Assembly: GCA_963514005.1 (NCBI GenBank)
Contig: OY740787.1
Span: 83,204,001-83,268,000, forward strand
Length of the DNA: 64,000 nt
Direction: 5' to 3'
Source of the DNA: Raja brachyura
Lineage: Eukaryota
Both the position numbers and the translations under genes were made by a program. Positions 53,680-64,000 of the stretch are shown here, in pieces (position 1 is the stretch's first letter; each line of letters starts with the position of its first letter). A model generated the notes under the pieces. That model made no database searches. It saw only the letters and a list, made by a program, of their open reading frames with translations, and was not told where the DNA came from.

Positions 53680-54350
53680 TAGCCTGGTAGACACGAGCCT
53701 GAACAGCACCTTGCGAACCATCACTGGGTGCCTTCAACCTACTCCAGTCGAGCAGCTGCCTATACTTGCAGGCATTCCGCCTGCAGGGATCTGAAGGCAA
53801 GCAGCAACTCTGGCACTATCACATCGTGCCATGGACCCAGATCACCTCCTCCATCAGGCTATCAGCAGAGAGCAGAGGCCACCCCGACTGAAGTCCTGTT
53901 ACACCTTTGCTCCACATGGAAAACAACTCCGAGCATCCATCCAGCCAACTGAGACAAAAGCACACTGGATGGCCACCAAATGGTCACAGGAGTGGAAGGC
54001 AACCTCATCTCCATTACGCAGCTACATCTCTTCACCAGATAAAAGCTGTCCAGGGTCTGACCTCCCCAGAGGAGCTTGGGTGAAGCTCAACAGACTTGGT
54101 ACTGGAGTTGGGCGTTTCAATGCCAGCGTGTGGAGATGGGGGCTCCCTCCGCCAGAACCCAGCCTGTGAATGCAGAGCAGAACAACAGACAGCCAACCAT
54201 GTCATCTCTCGGTGCCCGCTCTACCACCCACCAAATGGAGCTCAAGGCCTGGCAGACATTGATGCAGAGACAACAACCTGGCTGCTCAACACCCGGCTTG
54301 AGATCTAACTATTCCTTTGGTTTATGTTTCATTCGCAAGAAGAGGAAGAC
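53680..54350 (+). mobile_element. RTEX-like LINE 3' fragment
   Basis: WVKLNRLGTGVGRF..WG..CEC..QTANHVISRCP; tail cattcgcaagaagaggaaga. Confidence 0.75.
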
Positions 54351-55439
54351 AGCAACCCCCATCATAAATTCAATTCCACAGCTACATCAAAGGACTATAA
54401 TATAGAGTTGACGAACAAAAAGTAGATTACTTTTCATTGACATATTCACCGCTGCATTTATTTTTAAATTAAGCATTACTTATCCAATAATTCACCATTG
54501 TTTATAACATAGGCACTGATTCCTCATTCTTCTAACATGGTTTAGCATTTAAAGGGAATTGTACAACTTTCATTGTGGGTTTTTGGAAGCTAATTTTACA
54601 AACAAATCTATTTCTACAAACTCGATTAGAAGGTTATTGTGTGGTTTATAGACTCATTCACTTTTACATCTCGCTCTTCCAATCTCTCATCTTCTCAACC
54701 ATATGATTCAGAATAACCTAACATTAATTTCAATGTTGTTCAATTTGTCTGAAAAGTGTGTTGCAATTCCCCTTCTTTGCAACTTTTCCTTTCATTTCTC
54801 CTCCTCTTTGTTTCTTGGGTACTCAAAAGAAAACAACTGTCAAGGAAGACAAATGTTCTCCAAAGTGGGGAAAGGACTAGTTCGTGATACAAAGCTTTAC
54901 AAGACTGCAGAACTAACGTGGTGCATACAACCGTATATCTACACTGTGAGATTGTAAACACATTAGAAATTTGGAATGAAGTTTTAGCGAGTCGAGACGA
55001 TAGTTGTTTTCCAAAACAAGCCTTATTGTCAAAGCGGTGAAAAAAACGCAGATCAAACGGAAGCTAACACAAAACGGTCTTACCACAACGGTGGTCGAAG
55101 TAATGAATGGAGCTAGCCCAGAAAACACGCAAAAACAAAACCCCTCCCCAGTCACCTGACCAAGGTAGCCAACCGCAGGGTTCGACTACCCACAAGCACC
55201 AGAAGGTGCTGCTACAAAGTATCAAATATGGAAATCAATAACAAAACCCTTGCTTAAATATTACTACATTGCGAAATTGCTTCCTGACATGGATTCCAGG
55301 ATTTATAAATATTTTGAAAAGTTAATTAGCAGTTTGAAAATTTAAAATATTAAATATATTAAGTACACAGGAGTATGGAGAACCCAGGTTGTTTAGGTAC
55401 AGAGCAGTATCTACATGAATTTGATGGTCTTGCAACCTA

Positions 55440-55638
55440 ATGTAAGGAAGGAACAACGGATGCTGGTTTAAACCGAAGATAGATACAAAATGCTGGAGTA
55501 ACTCAGCGAGACAGGCAGCATCTCTGGAGAGAAGGAATGGGTGACACTTTGGGTCTGAAGAAGGGTCTCGACCCGAAACATCACCCATTCCTTCTCTCCA
55601 GAGATGCTACCTGTCCAACTGAGTTACTCCAGCATCTT
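55440..55638. mobile_element. Penelope-derived fold-back element
   Basis: Inverted arms around gggt-CTGAAGA-a-gggtc-tc-gaccc-GAAA-catc-accc; TSD tggtcttgcaaccta/tggtcttgcagccta. Confidence 0.82.
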
Positions 55639-55780
55639 TGGTCTTGCAGCCTATATCTGTGTCAAGCAATTCAATAATCAACATGACTAACAGTAAGAAA
55701 CAAGATTGAAACAAGTTACAGCGAGAAATACTGATGCACTCATTGAAATATTTTGAAAGCAACTCTTGTTGCTCTCTTAC

Positions 55781-55956
55781 CTTGTAAATTTTAAGAATGA
55801 CCTTTATACATGCATGCACAAACTTTGTTTGCTTTTCAAGGCTTCCACCGTAGAGTGCCACAAGCTCCTCATTAAAATCAATGCTGTAAAAATCAAAGTG
55901 GAACTTATTGTGTATATTCTCAGCTTTCCTCAATGCAACAGAGCCCAGGGAACGAA
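55781..55956 (-). CDS. PGAP1: PGAP1 exon 3
   Basis: 176 nt, AG/GTAAG; [58 protein letters not shown]. Confidence 0.97.
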
Positions 55957-56374
55957 CTGTAAAAGAAGACCAAAAGGAAAAATGATTAGTAAGAATTCAA
56001 ATGATGTATGTGTATTATCAAAATGGAATGCTAAGCCTACAATGGCTATACTGTGAAATATAATTTTGTGATACGGAACCATAGAATTGTTATGGCACAG
56101 AAAAAGGCCATTTTGTCCATAAAATTTACGCCAGCTCTTTGTCAATAATCCTGACAGTCACACTCCTCTGCTCTTGCCTATAGCCCGAAAAATAAGAGCT
56201 ACTAGTGGAGATTAATTTTACTGTAAACTTCCCCAAGAGTGTAGCGTGTGAATGCAAAATGGGAATAACAGAGAACTAGTGTGAACTGGTGATCGATGGT
56301 TGGCGTGGACTCAATGAGCTGATTTCATGCTATATCTTTTGATCAATCAATCAAAAACAGAATCTGTTCTTCAC

Positions 56375-56970
56375 AAGTTCACAGGTTCTTGGAGTAGAAT
56401 TAGACCATTCGGTCCATCGAGTCTACTCCACCATTCAATCATGGCTGATCTCTGCCTCCTAATCCCATTTTTCTGCCTTCTCTCCATAACCCTTGACACC
56501 CGTTCTATTCATAAATGTGTCTATCTCTGCCTTAAAATTATCCACTGACGATCTACACACCCTCTGTGGCAGTGAGTTCCACAGATTAACTATCTCTAAC
56601 TAAAGAAGTTCCTCCTCACCTCCTTTCTAAAAGAGCGCCCTTTAATTCTGAGGCAATGACCTCTGGTTCTAAACTCTCCCACCAGTGGAAACATCCTTTC
56701 CACATTTACTACTATCTATGCCTTTCATTATTCTTTAAGTTTCAATGAGGTCCCCCTCAACCTAAACTCCAGCGAGTACAGGCCCGGTGCTGTCAAACGC
56801 TCATCATATGCTAACCCACTCATTCCTGGAATCATTCTTGTAAACCTCCTCTGGGCCCTCTCCAGAGCCAGCACATCGTTACGGTCCAAATCTGCTCAGA
56901 TATGGGGCCCAAATCTGCTCACAGTATTCCAAATGCGGCCTGACCTGCACCTTATAGAGCTTCAGCATTA
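56375..56970 (-). mobile_element. CR1 3' fragment
   Basis: Reverse complement similar to 42140-42695. Confidence 0.85.
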
Positions 56971-57720
56971 GTCAAATCAAGTCACGATTATTCGTCACAT
57001 ACACATACGAGATGTGCAGTGAAATGAAAAGTGGCAATGCTCGCGGATTGTGCAAAAAAACAAACAAACTACAAAACAGAATGGAACAGAATCACATATT
57101 CACATATTACATATTTGTGGGAGGAAAAAAGAAAAAAACTGCAATTTTAATAAGACACCACACAACAGTAGAATGGTACAGTAAAGTTAGTTCCTGGTGA
57201 GATAGGAATTTACAGTTCTAATGGCCTCTGGGAAGGAACTCCTTCTCATCCTCTCCGTTTTCACAGCATGTCAACGGAGGCGTTTGCCTGACCGTAGCAG
57301 CTGGAACAGTCCATTGCTGGGGTGGAAGGGGTCTCCCATGATCTTGTTGGCTTTGGATCTGCACCTTCTGATGTATGGTCCCTGCAGGGGGACGTGTGTA
57401 GTTACCATAGTGCGTTCGTCCGAACGCACTACTCTCTGCAGAGCCTTCTTGTCCTGGGCAGAGCAATTCCCAAACCAAATCGTAATATTTCCGGACAAGA
57501 TACTTTCCACAGCCGCTGAGTAGAAGCACTGGAGGATCCTCAGACACACTGTGAATTTCCTCAATTGCCTGAGGTGGTAAAGGCGCTGCCTTGCCTTACT
57601 CACAGCTGCAGCATGTGATGTTCATGTCATATCCTCAGAGATGTAGAGTCCCAGGTATTTAAAGCAGCTCACCCTATCCACAGTATCCCCATTTATCTTC
57701 AATGGTGTGTACGTCCTCGT
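56970..57720 (-). mobile_element. Rex1/Babar 3' fragment
   Basis: KARQRLYHLRQLRKF..FYSAAVESILSGNITIWFGN. Confidence 0.88.
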
Positions 57721-58449
57721 ACATCTCTTACATCTCTTAACAGGGACAATCCATATATGAATAGTGTCAATTAATAGTAAAATGTATGCATCCTCATGGA
57801 AATTTAATTTAAAGAAGATGGGACAGTGCAACACAGGAACTAGATCTGCGGCCCACCATGTCTGTGCCAAACATGATGCCAAGGTAAACCAATTTCATAT
57901 GCCTGCACATGATCTATATCTCTCCATTCCCTGCATGTCCCTGTGTCAACCTGTGTAACCATTGTATCTACGTCCACCGCCACTCCTGGCAGTGTGTTTC
58001 AGACACCCACTCTGTACAAAACTTGCCCCACACACCTCATTTAAACTTTGCCCCTCTTACTTAAAGCTATGCCCTTGAGTCTTTGACATTTCCACCCTGG
58101 GGAAAAGGGTTCTGTCTGTCTATGCTGTCCATTATCACATGTAGCTATTCAACTATTGTGAAGGCATCAATTGACTGTTTACCATCATCATTCCTGGCAC
58201 TGATTTGCAAGAACTATCTCATGTGTAAAAAGGCCTTTCTTCATATTTCCCATGTATTGCTTCCACAAAACATTAAATCTGTGTTAATAATTCTTGAAGA
58301 TGGGACAGTGCAACACAGAGACATGTATCTCTTCCACAAAACATTAAATCTGTGTTAATAATTCTTGAATTATGCCTTAAATGGGAACAAAATCTCACTG
58401 TTTACGATAAGGCCATAGGAAATATTAGTCGGATGTAAGTCAGCCTTGA

Positions 58450-58920
58450 GCCTGAGGATGGCGGGACTGACATATGACGAGAGAATGGATCGACTGGGCT
58501 TATATTCACTGGAATTTAGAAGGATGAGAGGAGATTTTAGAGAAACATATAATAATTCTTAAGGGATTGGACAGGCTAGATGCAGGAAAAAAGTTTCCGA
58601 TGCTGGGGGGAATCCAGAACTGGAGTCGTACTTTAAGAATAAGGGGTAGGTCATTTAGGACTGAGATGAGGAAAAACATTTTCACCCAGAGAGCTGTGAA
58701 TCTGTGGAATTATCTGCCACTGAAGGCAGTGGAGGCCAATTCACTGGATGTTTTCAAGAGAGAGTTAGATATTGTTCTTAGGGCTAACGGAATCAAGGGA
58801 TATGGGGAGAAAGCAGGAACAGGGTACTGATTTTGGGTGATCAGCCACGATAATATTGTATGGCGGTGCTGGTTCGAAGGGCAGGACGGCCTACTCCAGC
58901 ACCTATTCTCTATGTTTCTA
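58450..58920 (+). mobile_element. CR1 3' fragment
   Basis: FRTEMRKNIFTQRAVNLWNYLP; tail. Confidence 0.88.
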
Positions 58921-60371
58921 TTCAATGATGTTGTGACTGATCCAATTCTCCACAAGTCCACTTTCCAATTGTATCCCCATAATCCCCATTGATTAAAGAT
59001 GTCAGCTTTGAATGCATGCAAGGATGCAGTCTCAGTAACTTTCCTGGACAAGAAGTTCCAAATAATCACACCCTTTGAGATCATGTCAGTCATAGATGGA
59101 AGCTCACTAATTCTGAGACTGTACCTTCTGGTCCTAGACTTGCCATTAAGATAAACAGCCTCCTACCATTTACCTTTTCAATCCTCCGAATAACTTTTGC
59201 TGTCCCAATAACATTACCTTAGATTCTTCTAAACTCCAATCAGTCCAACTTAGCTCACCACTTATCCCCCACCATTTTTTTACATCCTACAGCATATTCA
59301 TTTTTTTCATGAATTAAGAGTCAAGAGTGTTTAATTATCTGACAATGGAACAATGAAATTCTCACCTTCTGCAGCTTAACAGGCCTCAATAACACATAGA
59401 TAAATATAATAATCAAGAATATAATTAATAACCATAATGCTAGGTAGCCATAATAGTGCAAAAAACAAAATCTGTTGTGCAACCACAGTCCATAGAAGAG
59501 GTTAGTGTTGTGTGGTGTTCGAGAGGCGGATGATTGCCAGGAAGAAGCTGCTCTTAAACTTGGTAGTCCCTAAATCATAGCAACTGTAAAGTGTTGCAAT
59601 CTCAACACTTATCCCTGTGGCACTCTTTGTTGGATTTTAAATTTATCCCAGGCTTCTAGGCTTCACCACTAACCTTTGTTTTTTTACGTTTCCTCATTCA
59701 GCCTCCGAGAATCCTTTCCCCTCATTGGTTTGTACTATTGCTCCACCTGATAGGAACTATCTTCTTTAATGTTTTACACTGCAAATTTATTCTCTTACCC
59801 ATTAAGCTATTTACACAGTCCACACTCAACCTCATTGTTTAACTATTTCCCTAATACAAGGTATAACATGGTTGCTTTAAATTTAAGCTTCTCACTCCCA
59901 AACTGTCTGCTAAGTTGTACCATACTGTGATCATTAGTTCATTTGGAATCTTTTACTCTGATATAATTTACTAAACTTGATCTTTAGCCATGACCTTGTA
60001 TAACTCTTTTAACTACCACCTTAATGTTTGCTACAAACAGATCAAGCTCAGCAACTTCTGATTAACCATACAGCTGAGATAACATGTTTGAAGAATCGTC
60101 TCATAGAGTCATAGTGGAAACAGGCCCTCGGCCCAACTTGCCCACACCGGTCAATATGTCCCAGCTATATTAATCCCACCTGTCCGTGTTTGGTCAATAT
60201 CCCTCCAAAACTGCCCTATCCATGTATCCAGGAACATGGATCCAGGAATCATTCTATTAAATCTTTTTTAGACTTTCTCCAGGATGACATCTGTTCCAAA
60301 TTTCTATGAGCAGAATTATGTGCAAGCACGATAATAAAAGCTAGTTACCCAATTTTACTTCAAAAATGTAC

Positions 60372-60525
60372 CTTGTTTATAACTCCCAGCATTTCCAGGT
60401 AGAAACAGTACAGGGATTCCTGTGGCTTTTAGTTCCTTACGTGTTTCAGCTGAATTTCTCTCCTTATAACGATAGAGGCCATAACTTGGGTAGAGATTGG
60501 AAAGTTTCTTTGGAAGCTTTATTTT
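60372..60525 (-). CDS. PGAP1: PGAP1 coding exon (human exon 2 equivalent)
   Basis: 154 nt, AG/GT bounded; [20 protein letters not shown]...[17 protein letters not shown] matches the recalled PGAP1 N-terminal hydrolase region. Confidence 0.95.
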
Positions 60526-61116
60526 CTGTTTACATGTAATAGATGAGACAAAGTTCGGGTTATACTTTCTACTAACATCAATGCTTCATTGATGTACAAT
60601 CATTTCAGAATTAGGCACACACAATTTTGCATCATCCACCCAAGTATATGCATTACATACAAGAACAAATACCAAAGGTTATGGATCAACTAATATAAAA
60701 GTTGGGGCATATGCAAAATACAGATATCAAAAAGTGGAAATGAAATGCTCTTTGCATGAATGGAATAATTGCAAGGTGACAAAAGTTTGTCAAAAATTAG
60801 AAATGTTAAAAGTATATTAAGTTTATGTCAGGAATATGATAAAAGGAAATAGAGATGCATCACTCCCGGCCACAGAAGTCTCTTGCTGAAGGCAATATCT
60901 AGTGCAGAGCTGCAACTATCATCACTAATATAGCCGGGCTCTCGCTTAACTTTTTTTCCCTGTTGCCAGCCGGGCAACCTTGACAGCTTTTTAGGTTGCC
61001 AAATGACAGTTTAGGTGGTCATTTAAGACGGTTTGCATGACGCGTGCGATAATGTGCTCGGACGAAGTGCGTAGTTACCAGTCAGAATTATGCTCAATGT
61101 AGCATTCACATATTAT

Positions 61117-61333
61117 GTTCAAGAAGGAACTGCAGATGCTGGAAAATCGAAGATAGACAAAAGTGCTGGAGAAACTTAGCGGGTGCAGCAGCATCTATGG
61201 AGCGAAGGAAATAGGCAAAGTTTCAGGCCGAAACCCATCAGTCTGAAGAAGGGTTTCGGCCCGAAACGTTGCCTATTTCCTTCGCTCCATAGATGCTGCC
61301 GCATCCACTGAGTTTCTCCAGCACTTTTGTCTA
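61117..61333. mobile_element. Penelope-derived fold-back element (family B)
   Basis: Inverted arms around gt-CTGAAGA-a-gggtt-tc-ggccc-GAAA-CGTT; perfect 14-bp TSD cattcacatattat. Confidence 0.85.
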
Positions 61334-62089
61334 CATTCACATATTATTTCTGCTCTAAATAACTCACAAACTAAACATATTCACCAATCAAGACATGATA
61401 TATACCACAATGACATGCAGCAAAATTATAATACAATATCTCAACTCTTTTTACATATTGCAATTAATGCAATTTCTATTAGTTCTTTCCACTTCCAAAC
61501 AAAAATGTGGTTGAATTATTCAGCAAATGATCAACCTGTGTCAATAAATCCTGGACCATGCACACTACAGATTGATGCAAGCATGTTTTCTGTGAAGGAC
61601 CGAAAATTACCATGACATGGCGATAGCATGGGTCGTTATTGCTATTGGCACAGAAACACTCTGGCTTCCCACATAATTTATCCATAACAAAATATACAGG
61701 TTGCAAGAAAATTTCTAAAGGCATTTTATGATAATAGCTGTTAAAACCGACTATACCCATCTGACAGGTTAAACATTACACTAACTGACAAGAGATGGCC
61801 AAAGGACATAAATGCAGCAAATGTTCTTTTGGTAATATGTTTAAAGGTGTCAAAACAAATAATAACATTGGGAATTAAAACACATTTGATTGCATTCTGT
61901 TAACAAACATAGTCAATGTTCGCTCTGAAGACCATGAATCACAATAGGGACAGGGTGTGTGTGAATCAGTGCGGGGTGGATAGATGGTGGGGGGGGGGGG
62001 GGGGTTGAGAAGGCAATCGGTGCGGAATGGATGGATTGAAGCAGGTGAATTAGTACGTGTTGGTTGGAGTATGTAAAATTGTGAGGGGA

Positions 62090-62625
62090 GAGCACGGGGG
62101 ATGTCAGTGGTGTTGAATGGGGGGAATCAGTACACTATGAATGGGGGGGATCAGCACAGGATGAATGGGGGTAGACAAAAATGCTGGAGAAATTCAGCGG
62201 GTGAGGCAGCATCTATGGAGCTAAGGAAATAGGCAATGTTTCGGGTCGAGACCCTGCTTCAGACTGTTCCCCCCCCATTCTTCTTGAATGCGGGGATCAG
62301 TACAGGATGGATGGGGGGGGAGGATCAGCACAGGATGAATGGGGGGGGATCACTACAGGATGAATGAGGGGATCAGTATAGGATGAATGGGGGATCAGTA
62401 CGGGATGAATGAGGGGACCAGTACAGGATGAATGGAGAATCAGTAAAAGATGAATGGGGAGATCACTACAGGATGGATGGGGGGTTTGGTGCAGAGTAAA
62501 TGGAAGGTGGGTCAGTACGGTATGAATGGGAGGAACAGTGCAGTATGAATTGGGGGGGAGAAGTGCAGGATGGATGGGAAGGGGGGGTCGGTACAGGATG
62601 AATTGGGGGACCAGTGTAGGATGGA
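62090..62625 (+). repeat. G-rich ~22-bp minisatellite
   Basis: Unit approximately gggggatcagtacaggatgaat, many degenerate copies; interrupted by a Penelope fragment at ~62172-62265. Confidence 0.85.
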
Positions 62626-62734
62626 TTCTCAACACAGCAATCCAGGTGGTGGTGGTGGTGGTGGCAGGCAGGGCCGAGGAAGTTGTGTGGGACGGGGCCA
62701 GCATAGTCAGGAGCCAACGCAACTAACACCAGGT

Positions 62735-63750
62735 TCCCGTTCACACCGCACAAACAGCTAACAAAGGCCTATTTCCTTTATCATCATTACTATTTTGCAT
62801 ATCTTTCATTCATTTGCTCTATATCTTTTGTGGCAAAAACATGAGGGTAGACTATTATCTGAATGGTGGCACATTAGGAAAAGGGGGGATGCAACCAGAT
62901 CTGGGTGTCATGGTACACCAGTCATTGAAAGTAGGCATGCAGGTGCAGCAGGCAGTGAAGAAAGCAAATGGTTTGTTAGCATTCATAGCGAAAGGATTTG
63001 AGTATAGGAGCAGGGAGGTTCTACTGCAGTTGTACAGGGTTTTGGTGAGACCACACCTGGAGTATTGCGTACAGTTTTGGTCTACAAATCTGAGGAAAGA
63101 CATTCTTGCCATAGAGGGGGTTCCGAGAAGGTTCACCAGACTGATTCCTGGGATGTCGGGACTTTCATATGAAGAAAGACTGGATACTCGGCTTGTACTC
63201 ACTGGAATTTAGAAGATTGAGGGGGGGATCTTATAGAAACTTACAAAATTCTTAAGGGGTTGGACAAGCTAGATGCAGGAAGATTGTTCCCGATGTTGGG
63301 GGAGTCCAGAACAAGGGGTCACAGTCTAAGGATAAGGGGGAATTCCTTTAGGACCGAGATGAGGAAAACATTCTTTACACAGAGAGTGGTGAGTCTCTGG
63401 AATTCTCTGCCACAGAGGTCGTTGAGGCCAGTTCATTGGCTATATTCACGAGGGAGTTGGATGTGGCTCTTGTGGCTAAAGGGATCAGGGGGTATGGAGA
63501 GAAGGCAGGTACGGGATACTGAGTTGGATGATCAGCCATGATCATATTGAATGGCGGTGCAGGCTTGAAGGGCCGAATGGCCTACTCCTGCACCTATTTT
63601 TCTATGTTTCTACATCACTGTCTATATCTCTCGCTTCCCTTTCCCCTGACTTGTCTGAAGAAGGGTCTCGACCCGAAATGTCACCCATTCACTCTCTCCA
63701 GAGATGCTGCCTGTCCTGCTGAGTTACTCCAGCATTTTGTGTCTATCTTT
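62735..63750 (+). mobile_element. Penelope 3' end split by CR1
   Basis: UTR matches the reverse complement of 39905-40120; core ctgaagaagggtctcgacccgaaatgtc at 63655-63682. Confidence 0.75.
62830..63612 (+). mobile_element. CR1 3' fragment, young
   Basis: Near-identical to the reverse complement of 48160-48932. Confidence 0.93.
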
Positions 63751-64000
63751 AGTTGAATGAGGGACAATTTTCTGGAGCGCCACTGTTGGTAGGTTTTGTA
63801 ACAACGCTTCATCTTGGACTCCCCCTGATGGCCTTCTACCCTCTTTAGACAAACCATGGGGCCTGTTTCCATGCTGTATCTCTAAACTAACTTTCAAATT
63901 AAAAAAATCTGCCCATATACTTGGAAATGTTGGTACAACTTTCAGAACAATAATGTAGTTGAAAGGAAACCTTTTGCATACAACTGTCTATAATTAACAT

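Noticed and set aside
60930-61620. hAT-like MITE starting ccgggctctcgcttaac
   Set aside because: No matching second terminus or TSD found, so not called as a feature.
62090-62625. Possible CRISPR-like array
   Set aside because: Head-to-tail degenerate units with no unique spacers; eukaryotic context.
62297-62722. Pro/His-rich 141-aa ORF
   Set aside because: Translation of the G-rich minisatellite.
60526-64000. PGAP1 exon 1 or promoter
   Set aside because: No FEENxCxMxYMFEYP-like segment or CpG island found; probably beyond the window.

Overview
Eukaryotic, intron-rich DNA. The repeat content (V-SINE/HE1-like SINEs, CR1, Rex1/Babar, Penelope ends) points to a cartilaginous fish, probably a skate or ray (inference). 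One gene spans the window on the minus strand: PGAP1 (GPI inositol-deacylase). I reconstructed 17 coding exons (human-equivalent exons 2-18, numbering from recalled human structure) that splice into an open 1605-nt frame (535 codons) containing the GHSMG catalytic motif. Exon 1 and exons 19 onward were not found and probably lie outside the window. Introns are filled with mobile DNA: CR1, Rex1/Babar, L1 and RTEX LINE fragments, V-SINEs, a Buster-type hAT, three Harbinger MITEs, a solo LTR, a non-autonomous Helitron and a ~1.03-kb TAG..CTA transposon with 7-bp TSDs. Main points of interest: (1) TSD-flanked Penelope-derived fold-back elements carrying a hammerhead-ribozyme-like core; (2) a Helitron carrying a promoter/first-exon-like cassette; (3) inverted near-identical repeat pairs bracketing exon 18 and exons 2-3; (4) a GC-AG intron and a shifted splice acceptor. 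Most ORFs in the supplied track are TE fragments or noise.
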